Position numbers and translations under genes: made by a program
From: Candidatus Omnitrophota bacterium
Lineage (GTDB): Bacteria; Omnitrophota; Gorgyraeia; 2-01-FULL-45-10
Direction: 5' to 3'
DNA length: 64,000 nucleotides
NCBI GenBank assembly: GCA_041648975.1
Contig: JBAZNZ010000003.1
Location: forward strand, 9,664 to 73,663
Shown: positions 56,549-64,000 of the stretch, piece by piece
Layout of the letters: every line of letters starts with the position of its first letter
Numbering within the stretch: the stretch's first letter is position 1
The notes under the pieces: generated by a model
Databases searched by the model: none
Seen by the model: the letters and a program-made list of their open reading frames with translations, nothing else
Told to the model about the DNA's origin: nothing

Positions 56549-58033
56549 ATGGCCACAGCGGAACATAAGATAAAAAATATATTGTTCTACCTTATACCTT
56601 CTTTCATAGGCAACGCGCTGCCTTTTATCACGCTTCCTATAATAACGCGTTTCCTGTCGCCGCAGGATTTCGGCATATCGGCTCTTGCTATGAGCACGAC
56701 GCTGATCATAGCGAATATCCTGGTATGCAATGTCGATACGGCGGCGTACCGGTACTATTTTGAATACAGGAAGAACGCGAAAGAAGTGGCGGGATTGATA
56801 AATACGAGCCTGGCGTATATTTTACTGGTCGGCGTCGTCTCCATTCCGATCGTCTATTTTGCCAGTAACGCTATTTCGAGGCTTATTATAGGTTCTGCGG
56901 AATATGCGCAGGCTTTATTCATTTCGTACATAAGCGCCTGCCTTTCCGTGCTGGTAAATTTTTATCTGATGTTCTACCGGAATATGGAAAAGGCCAAAGA
57001 TTTCTCTTATTTAAAGACAATCCAAACGCTTATAGGCACGATACTTACTCTGGTATTGATCATAAAATTCAGAATGGGTTATATGGGGCTCATATACGCG
57101 ACGTTCGGATCGTTTCTTATCGCGTTCCTGGTAGTTTCCGCGCGGTTCATGATAGATTTTCCTTTTCATTTCAGGGCTAAGATGCTTATCGATAACCTGA
57201 AATACGGGATACCGCTTTTGCCTAATATGTTCAGCGGCTCCATATACCAGTTCTTTGATAAATACATGCTGCAGAGGATCGTCTCGCTGTCGAGCACAGG
57301 CATATTCAGTATAGCGCAGAACATATCTACGAGGCTCTTCACGTTCATGACCGCGGTCCAATCGACGTTCGAGCCGATATTCATGAAAGACATGTTCGAC
57401 CGCGGCGCCGAAGGGGCGAGATCGGTCGGAAGGAATTTCACGGTATTTACATACATATCGCTGTCCGTCATCCTCGGCACTATATTGTTCGGGGAGGAGA
57501 TAATCTATATCCTGGCCCCGAGCAGCTATTATGGGGCTATAAATGTTTTCATGATCCTCCTGGGCGCTATATCAATGCAGACATTCGGCAAGATCGTCGG
57601 GCCGCAGCTGGCATATCCTAAAAAAGCCTATCTGTCGTTCCCCATAAGCCTTGCGGGGCTGGCAGTCAACATATCGCTGAACCTGTTCCTTATACCGAAG
57701 TGGGGGGCGTCCGGCGCCGCGTTCGCTACATTCGTTACCATCGCTTTGAGTAATGCCATATCGGTCTTCATAGCGCAAAAATTCTACAAAATAGAGTATG
57801 AGAAATTTTTCCTGCTGCTTATATATTCGAATGTTTTTATCAGCACATTCCTGCTGATATATATGAGGCTGATTGACGCCCCGATCCTGCTTAAGTATGG
57901 GTTGAAGATAGCGTCGTTGGCCGCTTACGCTTATGCCGGAGTAAGGGCCCGGATAATTACAAAAGGCAACATCAGGATCGTTATGAACATATTAAGATTA
58001 AGAACCTCTACTGAAAAATATGTAGAGATATAG
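56549..58033 (+). CDS. Wzx-type flippase (MOP superfamily), second copy
   Basis: PFITLPIITRFLSPQDFG N-terminal signature. About 14 transmembrane helices. Confidence 0.7.
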   Translation: MATAEHKIKNILFYLIPSFIGNALPFITLPIITRFLSPQDFGISALAMSTTLIIANILVCNVDTAAYRYYFEYRKNAKEVAGLINTSLAYILLVGVVSIPIVYFASNAISRLIIGSAEYAQALFISYISACLSVLVNFYLMFYRNMEKAKDFSYLKTIQTLIGTILTLVLIIKFRMGYMGLIYATFGSFLIAFLVVSARFMIDFPFHFRAKMLIDNLKYGIPLLPNMFSGSIYQFFDKYMLQRIVSLSSTGIFSIAQNISTRLFTFMTAVQSTFEPIFMKDMFDRGAEGARSVGRNFTVFTYISLSVILGTILFGEEIIYILAPSSYYGAINVFMILLGAISMQTFGKIVGPQLAYPKKAYLSFPISLAGLAVNISLNLFLIPKWGASGAAFATFVTIALSNAISVFIAQKFYKIEYEKFFLLLIYSNVFISTFLLIYMRLIDAPILLKYGLKIASLAAYAYAGVRARIITKGNIRIVMNILRLRTSTEKYVEI

Positions 58034-58045
58034 AAAGGACCGATC

Positions 58046-58816
58046 ATGATAGACCTGAAAGCCAGGTTAAAAGCCAATAAGCTTACTATAGGATCCTGGA
58101 TCACGCTTGCGTCCCCGGCCATACCGGAGATCATGGCCCGGTGCGGGTTCGACTGGCTCACAGTCGATATGGAACATTCGGCTATAACCATCGAAATTGC
58201 CCAGGACCTTATACGGATCATCGGGCTGTCAGGCGTCGTGCCTCTAGTGCGCGTCGGCAAGAACGACCCTAATCTAATAAAGAGGGTCATGGATGCCGGT
58301 GCGCACGGCGTGATCGTGCCTATGGTGAATTCGCCGGAAGATGCCGAGAGGGCGGTCAGCGCCGTCAAATATCCGCCTGTCGGGAAGAGGGGCGTCGGCC
58401 TTGCGCGGGCGCAGGGGTACGGCCTTGAATTCGGGAAGTATAAAAACTGGGTCAATAAAAAAAGCGTAGTTGTCGTCCAGGTAGAGCATATAGACGCGGT
58501 CGAAAGCCTAGAAGGCATACTCGCGACCCCGGGGGTGGATGCTTTTATTGTGGGACCGTATGACCTGTCGGCTTCGCTGGGAAGACCTGGGGAATTCGAA
58601 CATCCCGACGTCAAGGCGGCGCTTAAAGAGGTGATTTCTGTATCGAAACGGATGAATAAATGCGCCGGGTTTCACGTCATCCCGCCGGACAGCCGGCTGC
58701 TTGCTAAAAAATCCGAAGAAGGCTATAGGTTCTTAGGGTTCAGCCTCGATACGCTCTTTTTGGGCCGGTCATGCATGGATGAAACAACCGCCGCGCGCAG
58801 GAAGATGAGGAGATAA
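58046..58816 (+). CDS. HpcH/HpaI-family class II (pyruvate-specific) aldolase
   Basis: GSWITLASP, DWLTVDMEHS, GVIVPMVNS, VGKRGVG. AGAAAGGA Shine-Dalgarno. Confidence 0.8.
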   Translation: MIDLKARLKANKLTIGSWITLASPAIPEIMARCGFDWLTVDMEHSAITIEIAQDLIRIIGLSGVVPLVRVGKNDPNLIKRVMDAGAHGVIVPMVNSPEDAERAVSAVKYPPVGKRGVGLARAQGYGLEFGKYKNWVNKKSVVVVQVEHIDAVESLEGILATPGVDAFIVGPYDLSASLGRPGEFEHPDVKAALKEVISVSKRMNKCAGFHVIPPDSRLLAKKSEEGYRFLGFSLDTLFLGRSCMDETTAARRKMRR

Positions 58817-58819
58817 GAG

Positions 58820-59611
58820 ATGAATATCGCAGCTATAATACCCGCCAGGATGGCGTCGACAAGATACCCCGGAAAGCCCCTTGCCAGGATACTCGGCATG
58901 GAGATGATAGGCCATGTCTATTTCCGCAGCCGCATGTCCAAGCTCCTTAACGGTATATATATAGCCACATGCGATAGCGAGGTGAGTGATTACGCGAAAT
59001 CGATAGGCGCGCCGTACATCATGACAAAGGATACTCATGAGAGGGCGTCCGATCGCGCGGCGGAGGCTATGCTTAAGATCGAGGCGGATACCGGAAAGAA
59101 GCTGGACATAGTCGTGATGATACAGGGCGACGAGCCGATGATTGCGCCGGAAATGATAGACGAGGCCGTGAGGCCGCTTGTCGAAGACAGCTCGATACTC
59201 GTGTCGAACTCCATGGCCGATATCATGACCAGGCAGGAGCAGGAGGACCCGAACGAGGTGAAGGTCGTTGTCGATAATGACGGCTTTGCGTTATACTTTT
59301 CGCGCGAGCCGATACCGTCATGGAAGAAAGGCGCGAAGGCCGTGCCGATGCGCAAACAGGTATGTATAATACCTTTCAGGAGGGATTTTCTTTTGAAGTT
59401 CAACGGGCTTAAGCAGACGCCGCTCGAGATCGTCGAGTCGGTCGACATGCTGAGGGTCCTCGAAAACGGATATAAGGTAAAGATGGTCCCGACGAAATAT
59501 GTGACGTACAGCGTCGATACGCCGGAGGATCTAAGGACCGTCGAAGAGGCCATGAAGGGCGATAAGCTCCTGGCCGGGTATTTCCGGGCCGCAAAGGCAG
59601 GGAGGGGGTAG
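58820..59611 (+). CDS. KdsB-family cytidylyltransferase (CMP-3-deoxy-ulosonate synthetase)
   Basis: AAIIPARMASTRYPGKPL (KdsB IIPARxxSTRxPGKPL signature), VVMIQGDEP. Confidence 0.8.
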   Translation: MNIAAIIPARMASTRYPGKPLARILGMEMIGHVYFRSRMSKLLNGIYIATCDSEVSDYAKSIGAPYIMTKDTHERASDRAAEAMLKIEADTGKKLDIVVMIQGDEPMIAPEMIDEAVRPLVEDSSILVSNSMADIMTRQEQEDPNEVKVVVDNDGFALYFSREPIPSWKKGAKAVPMRKQVCIIPFRRDFLLKFNGLKQTPLEIVESVDMLRVLENGYKVKMVPTKYVTYSVDTPEDLRTVEEAMKGDKLLAGYFRAAKAGRG

Positions 59612-59615
59612 CCGT

Positions 59616-60056
59616 ATGGAAAAGGTCTCCGCGCTGAAAATAGAGGACTTTAAGGAAGGCAAGAGCTATTCGTTCGAAAAGACCGTGACGGCCGCGGACA
59701 TCGACGTCTTTGCCGCTATAACGGGCGATATCAGTCCTCTGCATATGAGCGATGAGTTTGCCCGGGCTAGAGGGTTCAAAGGCAGGGTCGCGCACGGCGT
59801 GCTCCTCGCGGGATTTGTGTCGAAGATTATAGGCGTGGACTTTCCCGGCGAGAACTGCCTCCTACAGACCATGAGCCTGAAATTTTCCACGCCATGTTAC
59901 GCCGGAGACACATTGCGTATCACCGCGTCCGTCAGCCAGGTTTCAACCGCCGCAGGCGCAGTGGTCCTTGATATAGTGATAGAAAATGCGGCAGACCGCG
60001 TAACTGTGGCAAAAGGGAAAGCGCAGGTAGGTTTTACGAAGACGACAGGAAAATAA
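59616..60056 (+). CDS. MaoC-like (R)-specific enoyl-CoA/ACP hydratase, hot-dog fold
   Basis: ITGDISPLHMSDEFA, RVAHGVL. Confidence 0.8.
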   Translation: MEKVSALKIEDFKEGKSYSFEKTVTAADIDVFAAITGDISPLHMSDEFARARGFKGRVAHGVLLAGFVSKIIGVDFPGENCLLQTMSLKFSTPCYAGDTLRITASVSQVSTAAGAVVLDIVIENAADRVTVAKGKAQVGFTKTTGK

Positions 60057-61693
60057 TGAAGGATATAGAGTTCATTTTTATAGCGCAGTCGGAGACGATC
60101 GATTACGGAGGGTATTCAAAGCTGCCCGCCGACAGGATCGAACTTTACAGGGATCTCGTCTATCCGCGCATGGTGTATTTTAAGGGAGCCTTCCGTTCGC
60201 ATCTCGACCTGATAAATTATTTTACGGAAGGAAAATTCTTTAACGAGGCAGGATACGCTGAGCGCCGTAAGCTTCTTAACATGTGGAACCTGCCCGGCAT
60301 GAACAGCCTCCATCTTGCGAACTACCTCGCGCAATACGGCATTGCGGCTAAGGTTATAAATAATTTCGACGCGGAATGGGATATATTCCGCGACGCGTAC
60401 GGATCCGCGAAACGCCCTCCGATCGTCGGCATTTCGACTACGTTCCATCTTTCTTATATGGAGGCTAAGCGTATCGCAGGAGAGATAAGGAAGGAATATC
60501 CGGACGCTGTCATAGCGCTGGGCGGCGCATTCGTGAACGAGCAGTCCATAAACGGGGAACTCAGGGACATGGAAAAGCCTATGCGCAAATACGGCATAAA
60601 TTACATACTCCATGCGTTCAATTCCGAGGCCGATCTGAGGGACCTTGTCCTGGCCTCAAGAAAAGGCGCGCTGCCGGGCAGCGTTAACAACCTCGCCTAT
60701 CTCGGCGGCGGCGATCTCAAGTCCTGCGCATTCGGGACGACGGGGACGAAATGGAACGACCCTGTCCTGGAGGATGATCCCGAGTTATGGGATAAGCTGG
60801 ATATGAAGTTCGTGAACCATACCGTCCAGACGAGGACTTCGTACGGCTGCCCGTTCTCCTGCGCGTTCTGCTCATATCCGAAGACGGCGAAAAAATTCTG
60901 CCAGATGGACATCGATGCTGTCGAAAAACAGGTAAATGGGCTTCTGAAGATTCCGGGCGTCGATAAGATAATATTCGTCGACGATACATTTAACGCGTCT
61001 CCTGCCCGTTTTAAGGACATATGCCGCAGTCTCGGCAAATATAATTTTGAATGGTTCGCCTTCCTGCGGGCCAACCTTATAGATGAGGAAACGGCAAGGC
61101 TGATGGTCAGGTCCGGATGCAGGGGCGTCTATCTCGGTATAGAATCGGCCGATGACGCTGTGCTGAAGAATATGAACAAGAAGGCCACGCACTCTCAATG
61201 TCTCGAGGGCATAAGGTTTCTGAAGAAATACGGCGTAACTACCGTGGCCGCGTTTATAATAGGTTTTCCGGGCGAGACGGAAGAGACCCTTAAGGAAGAT
61301 GTAGAGTTCATAGAGTCGAGCGGGGTCGATTTTTACACCCTGAAGGAGTTTTATTACATGAAGCATACGGCCGTATACGAGGATCGCGGCCGGTTCGGCC
61401 TGTCGGGCATTGGGAACAAGTGGCGGCACGATACGATGGATTACAAAAAGGCGCAAGCTGCGAAGATAGATATGTTCAGGTCAATCAAAAACAGCGTATA
61501 TGTCGATGCGGATACGAGCCTGTGGTATATAGCTTACCTTTATGACCAGGGATACGATATAAGCCGGACAGCGGCGGCACAGCGCCGTATAAACGGCATC
61601 GCGGCCCGGCAGATAGACGGTATGACGGATGATAACGACAGGCTCTTTAAAGAGCTAGGCGAAATATTATCGAAAGAGGCGGTGCGCAAATGA
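60056..61693 (+). CDS. B12-binding radical SAM protein, copy 8
   Basis: TSYGCPFSCAFCSYP. TAATG overlap with the upstream gene. Confidence 0.85.
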   Translation: MKDIEFIFIAQSETIDYGGYSKLPADRIELYRDLVYPRMVYFKGAFRSHLDLINYFTEGKFFNEAGYAERRKLLNMWNLPGMNSLHLANYLAQYGIAAKVINNFDAEWDIFRDAYGSAKRPPIVGISTTFHLSYMEAKRIAGEIRKEYPDAVIALGGAFVNEQSINGELRDMEKPMRKYGINYILHAFNSEADLRDLVLASRKGALPGSVNNLAYLGGGDLKSCAFGTTGTKWNDPVLEDDPELWDKLDMKFVNHTVQTRTSYGCPFSCAFCSYPKTAKKFCQMDIDAVEKQVNGLLKIPGVDKIIFVDDTFNASPARFKDICRSLGKYNFEWFAFLRANLIDEETARLMVRSGCRGVYLGIESADDAVLKNMNKKATHSQCLEGIRFLKKYGVTTVAAFIIGFPGETEETLKEDVEFIESSGVDFYTLKEFYYMKHTAVYEDRGRFGLSGIGNKWRHDTMDYKKAQAAKIDMFRSIKNSVYVDADTSLWYIAYLYDQGYDISRTAAAQRRINGIAARQIDGMTDDNDRLFKELGEILSKEAVRK

Positions 61694-63573
61694 ACGGTCA
61701 GGATAAAAAAGAAGCCTTGAGGAAGGTCAAAGAGGACATCAAACGCTCCGAATATAAGAGCGCATTTTCGCGCCTCGATCTCATAACCAGCCACGACGAC
61801 GATTTTGTCCTGCAATCGAGGTATGCCGCCCTTTTCAGATCGATCAGGACGGAAGGCCTCGATCTTAAAAAGATCCGTGTAGCGGTGCTTGCGACCAGCA
61901 CCGTCAGCCATTTCAACGATATATTAAGGTACTGGCTGGCGAAAGAAGGATTCGACGCCGACATATACGAATCGGAGTATGATACTGTCAGGCAAACGAT
62001 AATGGACAAGAACAGCCCCCTCTACGACTTCGGACCGGACATAGCCGTGATATTTACGAATTACAGGGATGTCGCGTTCGATGTGCCGCCGGGCAGCTCC
62101 CGCGAGGAAATTAAAAGCGCGGTTTCGTCGGCGGTCCGCGATGTAGCGTCCCTCTGGGACGCGCTTAACAGGAATTCGAAATGCCATATAATACAGAATA
62201 ACGCGGACCTGCCGTACCACCGCACTTTCGGAAACTTCGAAGGCGCGGCACCATGGACGAAGATCAATGTCCTGAGGCTGTTCAACCTTGAGCTCGCCAG
62301 CGCGGCCGTGCCCGGCGTGACCATATTCGATCTCGATTTCGTATCGTCGGCGTACGGTAAACGCAAATGGCATGACGCCGAGTATTGGTACCATTCCAAA
62401 CACGCTTTCAGCCTGGATGCGACAGGGCTGGTCGCACACGACCTGTCTAAGGTGATAGGCTCGATAAAAGGGCGGGCAAAAAAATGCCTCGTCCTCGACC
62501 TCGACAATACCATCTGGGGCGGAGTAATAGGCGATGACGGTATCGAGGGCATCGCGCTCGGCAGCGGTCCCGACGGCGAAGCATTCGCGGATTTCCAGCG
62601 GTATCTCGCGCTCCTGAAGAGACGCGGGGTCATACTTGCCGTATGCAGCAAGAACGACGAGGAGACCGCCAAAGAGCCGTTCCTCAAACACCCGGACATG
62701 CACCTTAAGCTGGAGGACATGGTCGTATTTAAAGCGAACTGGGATGATAAGCCGTCCAATATAAGGCAGATAGCGTCAGAGCTGAACATAGGGCTCGACG
62801 CAATAGTCTTCGTCGACGACAATCCGGCCGAGCGGGAGCTCGTGAGAAGCACTCTTCCGATGGTGAGCGTCCCGGAACTGCCGCCGGACCCGGCCGGTTA
62901 CGTCCACGCGTTGACAAGCCACTCATATTTCGAGACGGTCTCATTCTCCGACGAGGATAGGGCTCGGACCGAATATTATAAAAGTAATGTCACGCGCCTG
63001 GGGTTTCAAAAGCAGTTTACCGATCTCGCCGATTATCTGAAGAGCCTTGGCATGGAGATGGCGGTATGGACATTCGACGATTTCAACCTCCCCCGTATAT
63101 CGCAGCTTGTGAATAAGTCGAACCAGTTCCATCTTACTACGACCAGATACACCGAACAGGAACTGAGATCGATGCGGGACGACCCCAAGAGGATCTGCCG
63201 GTCATTCAGGCTTAGGGACCGTTTCGGCGACAACGGCCTGATATCGGCGGTAATACTTGAGAAGAAGACGCCCGGCGAGGCGGTGATAGATACCTGGGTC
63301 ATGAGCTGCCGCGTCCTGTCGAGAAGCTGCGAGGAATTTATCTGCCGGGAGATGATAACCCTGGCAGAAGAGGCAGGTGTGAAGAGGATAACGGGTAAGT
63401 ATATACCGACGAAGAAGAACAGGCTCGTCAGCGGATTATACGAAAGACTCGGCTTCCGTACCGCAGGTCAGGAAGCCGAGGCGTTTCTATGGTCGCTCGA
63501 TATCGGCCGGGGGACAACGCTTCCGGAGACATTCATAAAGAGGGCCGTTGAAACAGATAGTGTAAGGATGTAA
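61690..63573 (+). CDS. FkbH-like HAD-superfamily (subfamily IIIC) phosphatase/acyltransferase with C-terminal GNAT-like domain
   Basis: CLVLDLDNTIWGG HAD motif I, AVCSKND, VFVDDNP. Then a C-terminal acyltransferase-like domain, as in FkbH/OzmB glyceryl-ACP synthases. Confidence 0.75.
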   Translation: MNGQDKKEALRKVKEDIKRSEYKSAFSRLDLITSHDDDFVLQSRYAALFRSIRTEGLDLKKIRVAVLATSTVSHFNDILRYWLAKEGFDADIYESEYDTVRQTIMDKNSPLYDFGPDIAVIFTNYRDVAFDVPPGSSREEIKSAVSSAVRDVASLWDALNRNSKCHIIQNNADLPYHRTFGNFEGAAPWTKINVLRLFNLELASAAVPGVTIFDLDFVSSAYGKRKWHDAEYWYHSKHAFSLDATGLVAHDLSKVIGSIKGRAKKCLVLDLDNTIWGGVIGDDGIEGIALGSGPDGEAFADFQRYLALLKRRGVILAVCSKNDEETAKEPFLKHPDMHLKLEDMVVFKANWDDKPSNIRQIASELNIGLDAIVFVDDNPAERELVRSTLPMVSVPELPPDPAGYVHALTSHSYFETVSFSDEDRARTEYYKSNVTRLGFQKQFTDLADYLKSLGMEMAVWTFDDFNLPRISQLVNKSNQFHLTTTRYTEQELRSMRDDPKRICRSFRLRDRFGDNGLISAVILEKKTPGEAVIDTWVMSCRVLSRSCEEFICREMITLAEEAGVKRITGKYIPTKKNRLVSGLYERLGFRTAGQEAEAFLWSLDIGRGTTLPETFIKRAVETDSVRM

Positions 63574-63581
63574 GGAGGGCT

Positions 63582-63833
63582 ATGACCGGCAAGAGGGATT
63601 CTATAAAGGAGCGCCTGAACGGGATTTTCAGGGAAGTCTTTGACGACGATACGATCGAGATATCGGATACTATGACAGCGAAGGATATCGCCGAGTGGGA
63701 TTCGCTGAATCATATAGTACTCGTAGTCGCCGTGGAGAAAGAGTTCGGCCTGAAGCTTAACGCCGCAGAGGTCGGGAAGCTGGAGAATGTCGGATCGATG
63801 CTGACGCTCCTCGAAGGCCGCGCTACAAAATAA
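63582..63833 (+). CDS. Acyl carrier protein (phosphopantetheine attachment DSL motif)
   Basis: 83 aa, IAEWDSLNHIVLVVAVE. Perfect TAAGGAGGG Shine-Dalgarno, 6-nt spacer. Confidence 0.8.
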   Translation: MTGKRDSIKERLNGIFREVFDDDTIEISDTMTAKDIAEWDSLNHIVLVVAVEKEFGLKLNAAEVGKLENVGSMLTLLEGRATK

Positions 63834-63846
63834 TAACGAGGCACGG

Positions 63847-64000
63847 ATGGATTTCATATCTATTAAATTTGCCGTCTTTGTAATGCTTGCGCTTACCGCA
63901 TTTTCGGTCTGTCCGAAAGCGCGCCGCATGAGTGTTATCATGCCGTTTATCAATCTGGCGTTCCTAGCCACGTTTGTGACCGATCTGCGGCAGCTTGCGC
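63847..64000 (+). CDS. MBOAT-family membrane-bound O-acyltransferase (DltB/AlgI-like) N-terminus, 3'-truncated by window edge
   Basis: MDFISIKFAVFVMLALTAF... matches the characteristic MxFxSxxFxxFxxxxL MBOAT start. Immediately follows the ACP, as in dltC-dltB. Confidence 0.5.
   Translation, partial: MDFISIKFAVFVMLALTAFSVCPKARRMSVIMPFINLAFLATFVTDLRQLA

Noticed and set aside
1-64000. CRISPR arrays, tRNA/rRNA genes, transposases, integrases or phage genes
   Set aside because: No direct-repeat/spacer periodicity, no tRNA-like cloverleaf candidates in the three intergenic gaps (all under 200 bp and AT-rich) and no ORF with transposase or integrase motifs. The window appears to be purely biosynthetic.

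Overview
The whole 64 kb window is one co-directional (+ strand) glycan/nucleotide-sugar biosynthesis super-cluster of about 55 tightly packed genes. Many are translationally coupled through ATGA or TAATG start/stop overlaps. There are only three real intergenic gaps: 824-925, 9592-9781 and 33566-33635. I found no credible minus-strand gene; every minus-strand ORF in the track lies antisense to a + strand gene with recognisable domains. Several ORF-track starts use TTG or GTG translated as M. I moved those to the nearest ATG with a Shine-Dalgarno where the protein alignment logic supported it (5510, 24260, 27404, 29215, 30651, 37118, 39315, 47148, 52063). 

Content, 5' to 3': 
- A 5'-truncated rmlD, then a TviB/TviC-like dehydrogenase/4-epimerase pair and a UDP-xylose synthase. 
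- Two GT2 (Dpm1/ArnC-like) plus polytopic GT-C-like membrane protein pairs. 
- Five further GT4/GT2 glycosyltransferases, plus a sixth GT4 domain fused to a radical SAM enzyme. 
- Two Wzx-type flippases. 
- Four or five DegT-type aminotransferases and an AsnB-type amidotransferase. 
- Two nonulosonic-acid (sialic-acid-like) pathways, one legionaminic-like and one pseudaminic-like. 
- Three CMP-sugar synthetases: two NeuA-type and one KdsB-type. 
- An HpcH/HpaI aldolase. 
- An FkbH-like enzyme, an acyl carrier protein and an MBOAT module running off the 3' edge. 

The most striking feature is eight cobalamin-binding (class B) radical SAM enzymes plus two radical-SAM/SPASM proteins embedded in this glycan cluster. 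One of the eight is fused in frame to a GT4 glycosyltransferase. 

Two near-consensus sigma70-type promoters (TTGACA-N17-TATTAT at 9706-9734 and TTGACA-N17-TATATT at 33569-33597) split the window into at least three transcription units. A five-site array of the TTACGTAA motif (four perfect copies, one degenerate; 816-910) sits in the first gap. Neither an initiating phosphoglycosyltransferase nor a Wzy or Wzz is visible in the window. No rRNA, tRNA, CRISPR or mobile element was seen. Codon usage (frequent AGG/AGA and ATA, about 50% GC) is consistent with an uncultivated lineage. I cannot assign taxonomy from sequence alone.
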